A stretch of 52,146 nt of DNA from contig CAZSTA010000002.1 of NCBI GenBank assembly GCA_964609495.1, positions 1 to 52,146 of the forward strand. The letters run 5' to 3'. Below are positions 29,687 through 39,228 of this stretch, piece by piece (the first letter of the stretch is position 1; each line of letters begins with the position of its first letter). The notes below the pieces were generated by a model, which saw only the letters and a list, made by a program, of their open reading frames with translations, did no database searches and was not told where the DNA came from. The position numbers and the translations under genes are program-made. The stretch comes from an uncultured bacterium (GTDB lineage Bacteria; CAZSTA01).

Positions 29687-30049
29687 TTATATATACAACT
29701 CATTCATCAGCCAAGGAATTACCTTTCTGAACTCCACCCTAGCCCTTCCTATGCTTCCATTGCGAAGGAGAGATACACTTACATAATACTCCGGCCCGAT
29801 CATCTTGGCGATAACGATGATCTCCTTCATCTGGAGTATTAACTCATCTACCTCACCTACTCCTAGATTATCCGCGGCTCGGGTTGCCGCCTTTAACATA
29901 GTGGCGAATTCCACGTCCGCCACGGTGGGGTCTAACTCAGGATAGGTGTTGTAAACATCTATCCCTATCCCATCCATCCCTACTAAACTAGCAGCGACCG
30001 CTCCCGCCACATTGTCAACTAAGCCCTTTAAAACATCTCTGAATTCCAA
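29687..30049 (-). CDS. Roadblock/LC7 domain protein
   Basis: VAGAVAASLVGMDGIGI...GSIGRAR; TTG start after SD GGGAG. Confidence 0.82.
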   Translation of the reverse strand: MEFRDVLKGLVDNVAGAVAASLVGMDGIGIDVYNTYPELDPTVADVEFATMLKAATRAADNLGVGEVDELILQMKEIIVIAKMIGPEYYVSVSLLRNGSIGRARVEFRKVIPWLMNELYI

Positions 30050-30128
30050 TCTATCAACTCCCTACTAGAGATAATTGAACTGCTATGGTAACCAGGCTTG
30101 GTGACTATAATATAACTTCTATTAATTA

Positions 30129-30166
30129 GTAAGGAAACCGGGGATTTTTCTTCCCAGTTTCCTTAC
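30129..30166 (-). terminator. Hairpin after porB
   Basis: GTAAGGAAAC...GTTTCCTTAC stem. Confidence 0.6.
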
Positions 30167-30186
30167 CTCATTTACAAGAAGAAATA

Positions 30187-31125
30187 TTACTTCTCCCCAC
30201 AACGTTCCAAGAGCTTCTCCCATCTCTTATCGATCCATTGTTGGTTTTCCTCTATTATATGCTTGTTCTCATCTTTCAGCAGATGGTTGAATCTCCTTTG
30301 AGCCTTAATCCAATCGATGAAGGGCCGTTTCTTTCTGGGCTTGTAAGTTAGCTTCCACTCCCCATTCACTACCTCGAAGAGCGGCCAGAAACAAGTCTCC
30401 ACAGCTAAACGATTTATCTCAACCGATTTCTCAATATCGAATCTCCAACCTCGATGACAGCTAGACAAGGTATTGATGAAGGTTGGACCGTCGGTATTTA
30501 GGGCCTTGGTAACCTTATCAGTAAGATCCCTCCAGTGACTGCATGAGGTCTGAGCGACATAGGGAATATTGTGAGCAACCATTATCCCTGTTAGATCCTT
30601 GGGATATTGGGTCTTACCAGGGACAACACTCCCCGCCGGGCTGGTAGTAGTGGATGCTCCCCGAGGGGTAGAGCTTGAACGCTGGATGCCGGTGTTCATA
30701 TAGCCTTCATTATCATAACATATATAGAGCATCCGATGTCCACGCTCCATAGCCCCTGAAAGCGATTGCAGTCCAATATCATAAGTTCCTCCATCGCCTC
30801 CAAAAGCGATGAATCTGATCTCCTTATCCTTGGGTATTCTCCCTCTCTTCTTCAAAGCTCTATAAGCCGTCTCTGCACCGCTTATGGTCGCCGCTACGTT
30901 CTCAAAAGCATTATGTATATAAGGGATCTTCCAGGCGGTGTAGGGATAGATCGTGGTTCCCACCTCTAAACAGCCAGTGGCACAGCCGACAACTAAATCT
31001 TTTCCCTCCTCATTAGCCGCAAGTAACACTTGACGAATAGATATAGTGGCGGCACAGCCAGCGCAGAGCCTATGTCCGCCACTCAATAGATCCTCTCTCT
31101 TAGATAGTTCCCTCAAACTTGGCAT
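30187..31125 (-). CDS. porB: Pyruvate:ferredoxin oxidoreductase beta subunit
   Basis: GHRLCAGC, TPP motif GGDGGTYDIG...DNEGYMNTG; ATG 31125 after SD AGGAGG. Confidence 0.93.
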   Translation of the reverse strand: MPSLRELSKREDLLSGGHRLCAGCAATISIRQVLLAANEEGKDLVVGCATGCLEVGTTIYPYTAWKIPYIHNAFENVAATISGAETAYRALKKRGRIPKDKEIRFIAFGGDGGTYDIGLQSLSGAMERGHRMLYICYDNEGYMNTGIQRSSSTPRGASTTTSPAGSVVPGKTQYPKDLTGIMVAHNIPYVAQTSCSHWRDLTDKVTKALNTDGPTFINTLSSCHRGWRFDIEKSVEINRLAVETCFWPLFEVVNGEWKLTYKPRKKRPFIDWIKAQRRFNHLLKDENKHIIEENQQWIDKRWEKLLERCGEK

Positions 31126-31165
31126 TAATTGCACCTCCTAAGTATAACGGAACTGCTGAGTTCCG

Positions 31166-32344
31166 TTACTCTCTAACCCCTAGATAATCAACGTATTTTT
31201 CCACCTTACCCGTCTCCTTGATCTTATCTAGATCTTTGTAAACACTTTCCAGATGATCGAGATCGATATCGCGTCCTCCCAGTCCATAGATATAGTTGAC
31301 AATAGGAATACTCCCATTTACCCCATAGAGGGCAGATCTCAGCTCGGAGAAGACAGGACCTCCGAACGCTCCAAAGGAAGCAGATCTATCAAGAACCGCG
31401 ATCGCCTTAACCTCACTTAAGGCTTTCACTAGCTCCTCTCTGGGGAAAGGACGGAAGACTCTCAGTTTTATCAATCCTACTGGCTGTCCCTTCGCTCTTA
31501 AATCATCTACGATAGTTCTTGCTGTTCCCGCAGTCGAGCCTAGAGCTATGATCGCCGTCTCCGCTCCGTCCATCCTATATTCATCAAATAATCTATACTT
31601 ACGTCCCGATAGCTTCTCATACTTCTTTGCCACCTCGAGAATAACTCCCTTGGCATGCTCCATCGCTTCAACTTGCTGCCTCTTATGCTCGAAGTAGTAA
31701 TCATGAAAGTCCAGAGGGCCAAAAGTTACTGGATTATCGGTATCAAGTAGGGAATACCTAGCCTGGTAAGTACCGATGAATTCCTTAACTTCTTCATCAT
31801 CTAGGATCTCTACTCTCTCTAGAGTATGACTTATGATAAACCCATCTAGCGTAATCATCGTGGGAAGCAATACGTCGGGATTCTCGGATATACTCACCGC
31901 TTGTAAGACGTTATCATAAACCTCCTGAGAATTCTCGGAATAAAGCTGAAGCCAACCTGAATCCCTGGTACCCATCGAATCACTGTGGTCACAATGAATG
32001 TTGATTGGGCCGGAAAGAGCCCGGTTGACCACTGGCATAGCTATTGGGCAACGCAGGGAGGCGGCGATATAAACGATCTCCCACATTAAAGCTAAACCAT
32101 TCGCCGAGGTAGCGGTCATCGCTCTGGCTCCGGAGCATGATGCTCCTACCACCGCGCTCATAGCGCTATGCTCCGATTCCACCAGAATCATCTCCGTCTC
32201 CACCTCACCATTAGCTACGAAATCGGCGAATTTCTGTACCAACTCGGTCTGCGGCGTGATCGGATAAGCCGCAACTACATCAGGGTCTATCTGGCGCATC
32301 GCTTCAGCCGCCGCTTCATTTCCCGTTAAAGACTTCACTTTCAT
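31166..32344 (-). CDS. porA: Pyruvate:ferredoxin oxidoreductase alpha subunit
   Basis: YPITPQT, ESEHSAMS, NRALSGPINIHCDHSD. Confidence 0.93.
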   Translation of the reverse strand: MKVKSLTGNEAAAEAMRQIDPDVVAAYPITPQTELVQKFADFVANGEVETEMILVESEHSAMSAVVGASCSGARAMTATSANGLALMWEIVYIAASLRCPIAMPVVNRALSGPINIHCDHSDSMGTRDSGWLQLYSENSQEVYDNVLQAVSISENPDVLLPTMITLDGFIISHTLERVEILDDEEVKEFIGTYQARYSLLDTDNPVTFGPLDFHDYYFEHKRQQVEAMEHAKGVILEVAKKYEKLSGRKYRLFDEYRMDGAETAIIALGSTAGTARTIVDDLRAKGQPVGLIKLRVFRPFPREELVKALSEVKAIAVLDRSASFGAFGGPVFSELRSALYGVNGSIPIVNYIYGLGGRDIDLDHLESVYKDLDKIKETGKVEKYVDYLGVRE

Positions 32345-32362
32345 CCTGGTAACTCCTCCTTG

Positions 32363-32665
32363 TTATTCTTCAAATTCGCTCTCGAGGACCATAGTGATTG
32401 CCTTCACCTTGGGGGGACATTCATAGGCGCAGATTCCACATCCCTTGCAATGTTCGAGGTCATATTCCTCCTGCACCTTGCCATCCTTGACTATCACTGC
32501 TGAATCTGGACAATATATCCAGCATCTGAGGCAATTTATGCACTTATCCATATCGCGCACTGGGCGGTAAGTCCTCCAAGAGCCAGTTTCATAATCCTCG
32601 GCATTTCCAGCCTTGTCTATTACCCCCCCGATTGGGATCTCCTTCCAACCTTTCTCCTTAATCAA
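32363..32665 (-). CDS. porD: Pyruvate:ferredoxin oxidoreductase delta subunit (2x[4Fe-4S])
   Basis: TGSWRT, CINCLRCWIYCP, CKGCGICAYECP. Confidence 0.92.
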   Translation of the reverse strand: MIKEKGWKEIPIGGVIDKAGNAEDYETGSWRTYRPVRDMDKCINCLRCWIYCPDSAVIVKDGKVQEEYDLEHCKGCGICAYECPPKVKAITMVLESEFEE

Positions 32666-33234
32666 TCCTCTTTCACCTCCTCATAAGCTCTCTTAATAGC
32701 CCTAATATTCCCCTGCACTATCTTATCTGAGAACTTTCCAGAGAACTTATGTCTCACTCCACTTAGAAGAAGCTCAATATCAAGCAGGTCGGTTGCCTTA
32801 AGCAGAGCCCCGATCATGGGAGTGTTAGGGATAGGTCTTCCCAATTCATCCATGGAGATCCCTGTAGCATCTATAGTATAGAGCTTTCCACCCTTTAACT
32901 TCGTCTTCTCCCTTATCTCGGAAGGAGATTTGGTACTATTTACCAACAGCACTCCGTCCTCATCCAAACCATCAGTAACATCTACCGTATCAAGCAGGGA
33001 ATCGTCGAGCACCACTACCATATCCGGCTCACTTACATGACAATGGAGATAGATCGGTTTGCCGCTTATCCGATTGAAGCTACGTATCGGAGCTCCCATT
33101 CTCTCTGGTCCATAATCGGGGAAGCCCTGACCATACTTACCTTCTTCGACCGCAGCCTCGGCTAACAACAAGGCGGCTGTCTTAGCTCCTTGGCCCCCCC
33201 TTCCATGCCAACGAATTTCTATTAAATCCTTCAT
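32662..33234 (-). CDS. porG: Pyruvate:ferredoxin oxidoreductase gamma subunit
   Basis: EIRWHGRGGQGAKT, YGPERMGAP; ATG 33234. Confidence 0.92.
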   Translation of the reverse strand: MKDLIEIRWHGRGGQGAKTAALLLAEAAVEEGKYGQGFPDYGPERMGAPIRSFNRISGKPIYLHCHVSEPDMVVVLDDSLLDTVDVTDGLDEDGVLLVNSTKSPSEIREKTKLKGGKLYTIDATGISMDELGRPIPNTPMIGALLKATDLLDIELLLSGVRHKFSGKFSDKIVQGNIRAIKRAYEEVKED

Positions 33235-33316
33235 ATACCTCAACTCCCTTTTCAATTAATATTATCAATAATTTAGCCTCTTATCGCTAAAATTTCGGCT
33301 AATAATCGAATATAGC

Positions 33317-33922
33317 TTATTTAGACATAGTTCTTCTTCCCTCTAAAGCTTTAGCTAGGGTCACCTCATCGGCGAACTCCAGATCGCCCCCCACCGGTAA
33401 TCCATGAGCTATGCGGGTTACTGTAACCTCTAAAGGTGCCAATAAGCCAACTATATAGGTAGCTGTAGCCTCTCCCTCTACATTGGGATCGGTGGCGATT
33501 ATCGCCTCCTTTATATTATTACTTTTCACCCTATCCAGTAGTTCCTTGATCTTGAGGTTCTCAGGGCCGATGCCTTCGATCGGTGATATAGCTCCTAGGA
33601 GAACGTGATAGAGGCCCTTATATTCCCTGGTTCTCTCCATAGCTATAACATCCTTCGCTTCCTCAACCACACATATGACCGAGCGATCCCTATTCTCATC
33701 CCGACATATAGCACACGGATCCTGATCGGTTATGTTAAAACATATCGAGCATCGCCCTATCTTCTCCTTCACCTCTAATAAGGACTTGACCAGAGTTTCG
33801 ATCTCCTCCTTAGGAGTCTTTAAAACATAGAAAGCTAGGCGCTGAGCTGTCTTAGGACCTATGCCCGGCATTTTGCGAAATTCATCTATCAACCTAGCCA
33901 CAGGCTCTACATAGAAGCGCAT
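33317..33922 (-). CDS. recR: Recombination mediator RecR
   Basis: [13 protein letters not shown]4 zinc finger, TOPRIM domain. Confidence 0.97.
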   Translation of the reverse strand: MRFYVEPVARLIDEFRKMPGIGPKTAQRLAFYVLKTPKEEIETLVKSLLEVKEKIGRCSICFNITDQDPCAICRDENRDRSVICVVEEAKDVIAMERTREYKGLYHVLLGAISPIEGIGPENLKIKELLDRVKSNNIKEAIIATDPNVEGEATATYIVGLLAPLEVTVTRIAHGLPVGGDLEFADEVTLAKALEGRRTMSK

Positions 33923-33936
33923 AATCCCTCTCCATA

Positions 33937-34251
33937 TTAGAATAATCCTGGTATTCTCATTCCTCCTGTAACTTTGCTCATCTCATCAGCCATCAGATCC
34001 TTAGCCTTTCTGCTGGCTTCATTAACTGCGGCTAAGATCAAATCCTGCAACATCTCCACATCATCAGGATCTACAGCTTCCGGCTCTATCTTTATCTCCA
34101 CAATATCACCTTGACCGTTAGCAACGACAGTTACCATTCCCCCTCCGACGGTAGCTTCTATCGTTTTGGTAGCTAACTCCTCCTGAATCTTAAGCACCTT
34201 CTCTTGCATCTCTTTTACCTGCTTCATAAGAGCATTTAAATTGCCTCTCAT
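33937..34251 (-). CDS. ybaB: YbaB/EbfC nucleoid-associated protein
   Basis: GGGMVTV...[15 protein letters not shown]; lies between dnaX and recR. Confidence 0.95.
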   Translation of the reverse strand: MRGNLNALMKQVKEMQEKVLKIQEELATKTIEATVGGGMVTVVANGQGDIVEIKIEPEAVDPDDVEMLQDLILAAVNEASRKAKDLMADEMSKVTGGMRIPGLF

Positions 34252-34278
34252 AACTTATTGCCTCCTTAAAACAGCTGA

Positions 34279-35865
34279 TCAATGGGAGATATCCTTCTCC
34301 CCTACAACCTCACTACCATTGAAGATTCGTAAAGCTTCCGAGACTAGGGGTTTCTTATTCCCTGCCCCATCTTTAAAAGCCGAAATATCATCTCTAGAAG
34401 AGATCTCGATAAATTGCACTTCAGCTTTTTCTCCAAACTTCCCTCTTAAAACTCCCTCTACGATCTCTTTATTGCTCCTCTTCTCCAATTGTTTACGATG
34501 AAAGGAATATCTCTCCTCAAAACCGACTATGATCCTATTACCTTTTACCGAATATGGATATCCCTCTCGCAGAAGGGCGTGCACCTTTCTATCCCCGATG
34601 CTATTCAATATCTCATCCCATAGCTCTCGAACCCTCTCCAAGCCCAGAGGGGTCTCATCTGAAGGAACTGAAGCTGAGGCTATCTCCATCCTTTCAGCTC
34701 TCTCTGTCGACTCCCCTTCCTCAACTTCAACCGGATGAGTTATCTTAGCTTCCGACTCAACTTTCACTTGCTCTCTAGCTTTATCAGCGAGTTTGACTAG
34801 CAAAGTCTCGTATATCAATCTTGTCTGGGTAGCGAAACGCAAGGTGTTAACTGCCTCGGCTAGATCGTTCAATATATCGGTCAAGGTGGATAGGGTGAAT
34901 CGTTGAGCCTGTTCGCTAAGAGCATCCAGTTCTATCTTAGAAACATCGACTAACTGCCTAGCCTTACCACCTACTTTAATTAACATCAGATTTCGAAAGT
35001 GATTTATCAATTCCGCGTTCAATTGACGAATATCATGCCCTTGCGCTACCACCTCATCGAGCACCAATAATCCCTCAGCCGCATTGCCCTCGGCAATAGC
35101 TCTCGCCAAAGATAAGAGATAACTAGTATCAGCTAGGCCCAATAGCTTAATAACGCTATCGAGAGCGATCTTATCGCCTGAGAAGGAGATGATCTGCTCT
35201 AAAAGACTCATCGCATCCCTCAAAGACCCCTCTGAGTTCCTAGCGATCAGCCTCAAAGCTCTCTCCTCAAATTCGATCCCCTCAGCTTCTACTATCTCCT
35301 TTAATCTATCCTCGATATCCGCTATTGCTAAACGTCTGAAGCCAAAACTTTGACAGCGGGAAATGATAGTAGCAGGGACCCGATGAGGTGCAGTGGTAGC
35401 TAAAATAAATACCACATAGGAGGGGGGTTCTTCGAGGGTTTTTAGAAGAGCATTGAAAGCCTCGGTAGTGAGCATATGAACTTCATCAATTATATATATT
35501 TTATAACTACCCTCGGCAGGAGCGAACTTAACCCTCTCTCTAAGTTCTCTGATCTCGTTAATGCCTCGGTTAGAAGCACCATCTATCTCTATTAGACTCA
35601 TAGAACGACCAGACATCATCCGCTTGCAACTGCCACATTCGTTACAAGGCTCTGCCCCCTTTCTGTTCTCGCAATTCAAAGCTTTAGCCAAAAGCCTGGC
35701 TACGGTAGTCTTACCGACTCCCCGAGGCCCACTGAATAGGAAAGCATGAGCCACACGTCCCTGTTCTAAAGAATTTTGCAAGGTGCGGATGACGTGTTCC
35801 TGATTGACCACTTGAGAGAAAGTCTGAGGCCGCCATTTCCGATATAAAGTGATATAATCTGCCAT
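34279..35865 (-). CDS. dnaX: DNA polymerase III subunit gamma/tau
   Basis: LYRKWRPQTF, GPRGVGKT, DEVHML, NALLKTLEEPP, SRC; likely ATG 35865. Confidence 0.97.
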   Translation of the reverse strand: MADYITLYRKWRPQTFSQVVNQEHVIRTLQNSLEQGRVAHAFLFSGPRGVGKTTVARLLAKALNCENRKGAEPCNECGSCKRMMSGRSMSLIEIDGASNRGINEIRELRERVKFAPAEGSYKIYIIDEVHMLTTEAFNALLKTLEEPPSYVVFILATTAPHRVPATIISRCQSFGFRRLAIADIEDRLKEIVEAEGIEFEERALRLIARNSEGSLRDAMSLLEQIISFSGDKIALDSVIKLLGLADTSYLLSLARAIAEGNAAEGLLVLDEVVAQGHDIRQLNAELINHFRNLMLIKVGGKARQLVDVSKIELDALSEQAQRFTLSTLTDILNDLAEAVNTLRFATQTRLIYETLLVKLADKAREQVKVESEAKITHPVEVEEGESTERAERMEIASASVPSDETPLGLERVRELWDEILNSIGDRKVHALLREGYPYSVKGNRIIVGFEERYSFHRKQLEKRSNKEIVEGVLRGKFGEKAEVQFIEISSRDDISAFKDGAGNKKPLVSEALRIFNGSEVVGEKDISH

Positions 35866-35916
35866 AAAATATCTTCTCAACGATTACTATAAAAGATCCC
35901 GACCGTTACATTAAAA

Positions 35917-36187
35917 TGATCGTGCACCTACCGTCGATCCCACCTACCCAGCGTTACTTAGGCAGTTAACTCCAATCAGGCACCCCTGCGGCACATGAAA
36001 GCGCTTACTTACCGTTGCTCCCTTCCAGGCCTGGCGGGGTTCGTAAGTTTCCATTGCGCAGGACCCAATCTTCATCGCCACTTACCTAAGCCAGACCTGA
36101 ACAGAATGAAACCTCGGGTAGGAATTCGACCCCGCTATAGCGGATTGCGGGTACAGGGCACCGCTAGCTCCCCGTCTAGCACGATCA
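35917..36187 (-). ncRNA. ffs: Large bacterial SRP RNA with Alu domain
   Basis: 5' TCGTGCTAGACGGGGAGCTAGCGGTGCCCTGTACCCGCAATCCGC, helix 8 CAGGCCTGGAAGGGAGCAAC, complementary termini; upstream of dnaX. Confidence 0.95.
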
Positions 36188-36213
36188 TTATATACCTTAT
36201 TAAACTTATATTG

Positions 36214-37656
36214 TCAAGAGGCAACGGCTAGATAACCACCGCCTCGATAGTTCTCTGACCCTATACTTTCTAACCAATTTATATCTTTTGGAATTAATCT
36301 TATAGCCTCGGCAATCCGATCTGCATTCTGAGATAATCTCTTTTGAGACACTCTTTTGCCTCTTAATGAGGAACCAGGATTTTCTACTACCCTCTTTTCG
36401 AAATCCTTCATTTGTTTTGTTACAATTTCCTCTATAAAAGCATCGTCTTCTGCTGATATTCCTTTTAAATCTCCCTTTTTCTCAAGAACAATAATATATT
36501 CATTGTTTATTTTACCTATATCTTGACTAGTATATTTCTTTGTTGTGTCAATATTTCTAAAGATAGTATCTATTGATTTAAAGTTTAAATATTCGGCGAA
36601 AGTCAGGAAATGTTTATAACTTTCGATAAGCTCATATTCTAAACTCGAATTGCCGATAGCGATCACACAGAGTCCACCATCCTTTAGGACTCTATTCATT
36701 TCGATCATAGAACGTAACATATCCGCTAAATATTCTGTAAGGAGGCGAAATCTATTGGCAATAAAGTGAGAATGCCCCCCAATTTCATGTTTTCTAAAAG
36801 TATCAAAATCCATGCCTAACCAGAGCATATTATACATATGGACTCGATAATAATCGAGCGCGTTAACATAGGGCGGGGAGGTAACTATAAGAGAAGAAAT
36901 TTTTGATTGTATCTGAAGTTTTCTAGCATCACCGTTTATTACTGTTACCCTTGGTTCTCTTTTTACCAGATGTCGCATCTCCCTGATAGTGTTTACCATA
37001 CTGCGAATTCTATTATAAAAACTACCGAAGATATCTATACCGTTGTTCGTTTCTATTATAGACCATATAGTTGCGGATAGAGCCACTAAAGCTAATTCGT
37101 AAGCCGCTTCTTTAGTTTTTATCTCATCTAAGCCTTCCTTTATCAAACATAGTTCATTTATCATATCCCTGTTAAAGAGATTGCTTATATTCCTCTTCGG
37201 CAGTTTTTTTAAACATTCATAACGTCTGTGATCACTATTAACATATCTTTTTATCTCAATAAGTTTCCGTCCTAATATATTCAAATCATTATCGGGAACA
37301 AGGCGCGTCTTTGCTCTGGTTATAAGACAAGCCAGGGGATTGAAATCGTTACCTATACAATTACGATCGGCGAGATAAGCTTCAACGATGGTAGTTCCGC
37401 AACCACAGAAGGGATCGATAACCGTATCGCCTTCCTCAGTAAATAATCTTATAAATGTCTTTGGGATTTGAGGGATAAATCTGGCTGGATATGAGTGAAA
37501 ACGATGGGATAAATATTGGGTTTGGAAGCCCTTGAAATCCCAATCAATTTCTTCGAGAGCGCTGTATCTTTCCTCCTTCGAACCATAATTACCACTCAAG
37601 ATCTCTTCATATCTGTCAGATTTACTTTGTTGCCCTTCAAACAATGAAGTTTGCAT
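36214..37656 (-). CDS. Orphan N4-cytosine/N6-adenine DNA methyltransferase
   Basis: HSYPARF, motif I DPFCGCGTT precedes motif IV TSPPY; visibly AT-richer than neighbours. Confidence 0.88.
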   Translation of the reverse strand: MQTSLFEGQQSKSDRYEEILSGNYGSKEERYSALEEIDWDFKGFQTQYLSHRFHSYPARFIPQIPKTFIRLFTEEGDTVIDPFCGCGTTIVEAYLADRNCIGNDFNPLACLITRAKTRLVPDNDLNILGRKLIEIKRYVNSDHRRYECLKKLPKRNISNLFNRDMINELCLIKEGLDEIKTKEAAYELALVALSATIWSIIETNNGIDIFGSFYNRIRSMVNTIREMRHLVKREPRVTVINGDARKLQIQSKISSLIVTSPPYVNALDYYRVHMYNMLWLGMDFDTFRKHEIGGHSHFIANRFRLLTEYLADMLRSMIEMNRVLKDGGLCVIAIGNSSLEYELIESYKHFLTFAEYLNFKSIDTIFRNIDTTKKYTSQDIGKINNEYIIVLEKKGDLKGISAEDDAFIEEIVTKQMKDFEKRVVENPGSSLRGKRVSQKRLSQNADRIAEAIRLIPKDINWLESIGSENYRGGGYLAVAS

Positions 37657-37675
37657 ATCGCTGATCCATTAAAAT

Positions 37676-37766
37676 TGGCGGAGAGAGTGGGATTCGAACC
37701 CACGAGGCAGATAAACCACCTACATGCTCTCCAGGCATGCTCCTTAAACCGCTCGGACATCTCTCC
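37676..37766 (-). tRNA. tRNA-Ser(GGA)
   Basis: Anticodon arm CATGC-CTGGAGA-GCATG, long variable arm, encoded CCA. Confidence 0.97.
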
Positions 37767-37782
37767 TATTATCAAGTTTAAG

Positions 37783-37870
37783 TGGCGGAGGGACTGGGAC
37801 TCGAACCCAGACGGCTTTACGCCTACACCGGTTTTCGAGACCGGCTCCTTACCAATTAGGATATCCCTCC
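37783..37870 (-). tRNA. tRNA-Ser(CGA)
   Basis: Anticodon arm CCGGT-CTCGAAA-ACCGG, long variable arm, encoded CCA. Confidence 0.97.
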
Positions 37871-37872
37871 AC

Positions 37873-38343
37873 CTATTGCGAAGTTGTTCCTCTTCGTCCT
37901 TGAAAGAAAGACCTCAATAAAAGGCTACATTCTTCGGCTAAGATGCCAGATATAACCTCGATCCTATGATTTAAACGCTCATCTTCAACTATATTCCACA
38001 ATGACCCCACTGCGCCCGCCCTAGGATCGGAAGCACCATAAACCAACCTATCAACCCTAGCTAGCACTAAAGCCCCGGCGCACATCACACATGGCTCTAT
38101 CGTAACAAACATTGTTGTGCCGATCAATCTCCACGAACCTAAATAAGAGGCGGCCTGCTTTATCGCTAATATCTCAGCATGAGCTGTAGGATCTTGGTTA
38201 GCCTCCCTCTGATTATGAGAGCGAGCGATAATCTGATCTTCCCAAACGATTATAGCTCCAATCGGCACTTCCTCTTCCTGAGCAGCCTTCTCAGCTTCGA
38301 TAAGAGCCTGACGCATAAAGGATTCAAGACGATCTTTTGTCAT
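37873..38343 (-). CDS. tadA: tRNA adenosine(34) deaminase TadA
   Basis: EVPIGA, HAE, EPCVMCAGA. Confidence 0.95.
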   Translation of the reverse strand: MTKDRLESFMRQALIEAEKAAQEEEVPIGAIIVWEDQIIARSHNQREANQDPTAHAEILAIKQAASYLGSWRLIGTTMFVTIEPCVMCAGALVLARVDRLVYGASDPRAGAVGSLWNIVEDERLNHRIEVISGILAEECSLLLRSFFQGRRGTTSQ

Positions 38344-38348
38344 ATCTA

Positions 38349-38424
38349 TGGTGCGCCCGAGAGGATTCGAACCTCCAACCTAGGGATTAGGAATCCCTCG
38401 CTCTATCCTTTGAGCTACGAGCGC
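38349..38424 (-). tRNA. tRNA-Arg(CCT)
   Basis: Anticodon arm AGGGA-TTCCTAA-TCCCT, encoded CCA. Confidence 0.97.
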
Positions 38425-38443
38425 AAGATAAGAGATCAAAACT

Positions 38444-38520
38444 TGGCGCGCTCGAGAGGATTCGAACCTCCAACCTACGGATCCGTAGTCCGTTGCTCTA
38501 TCCAATTGAGCCACGAGCGC
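38444..38520 (-). tRNA. tRNA-Arg(ACG)
   Basis: Anticodon arm ACGGA-CTACGGA-TCCGT, encoded CCA. Confidence 0.97.
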
Positions 38521-38534
38521 GCGTTTACTAGATG

Positions 38535-38852
38535 TTATTCTCTTAAGATGACCCTAATTCCACCTACCCACTTAGCTACCAGATTATAAAGAGCAGCTCC
38601 GATCGCGGCAAATATGCCTCCCACTATTCCAGCTACTATTCCCCACATAATACCGCCTATAACCCCTAATGCTCCTCCGAAGATGCTAGTCTCAAGCCCT
38701 TCTAATCCTTGAGCCTCCATCAAACTCGCGATAAACCCTCCGAAGATGGCTGCTAGAATCCCCAAAATTAAACCTATGATCAGATAAAGAACAAGGATAA
38801 CTTTGAAAACGGAACCTATACCTATACTTCTTATCTCATTTTCCGTCTCCAT
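38535..38852 (-). CDS. DUF3566-like small membrane protein
   Basis: IRSIGIGSVFKV...ALYNLVAKWVGGIRV pattern with two TM segments. Confidence 0.75.
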   Translation of the reverse strand: METENEIRSIGIGSVFKVILVLYLIIGLILGILAAIFGGFIASLMEAQGLEGLETSIFGGALGVIGGIMWGIVAGIVGGIFAAIGAALYNLVAKWVGGIRVILRE

Positions 38853-38902
38853 CTATTCGCCTCCGAGGGAAAACTTATCCGTTTAAACATCCGAATCTTA
38901 AT

Positions 38903-38994
<92 letters not shown>

Positions 38995-39049
38995 TTACCT
39001 GATAAAGCCTATCCCCAAAGAACCCGACTTTCTAAATCTCCTCTACAAT

Positions 39050-39078
39050 ATTATATCATATCAGTGATCTATTGTCAA
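39050..39078 (-). promoter_or_regulatory. Consensus sigma70 promoter of the tRNA cluster
   Basis: TTGACA-17-TATAAT with extended TG. Confidence 0.8.
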
Positions 39079-39228
39079 CTATTTAAAGCTCACCGCTTCC
39101 AAAATTTTTTGAATGCTCACACTTAGTTGTGATAATCGCCGTCAATCAAAATCAAGAAGCTGTCCACTTCTTATTGAGAAGAAGCACCTGATATTCATAT
39201 CCATTAGAGTTAACCTCTACAACTTATC

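Noticed and set aside
34279-35865. dnaX programmed frameshift site
   Set aside because: No A-AAA-AAG or long A-run slippery site noticed at the expected position
37873-38520. tadA next to its substrate tRNA-Arg(ACG)
   Set aside because: Common conserved arrangement, not novel
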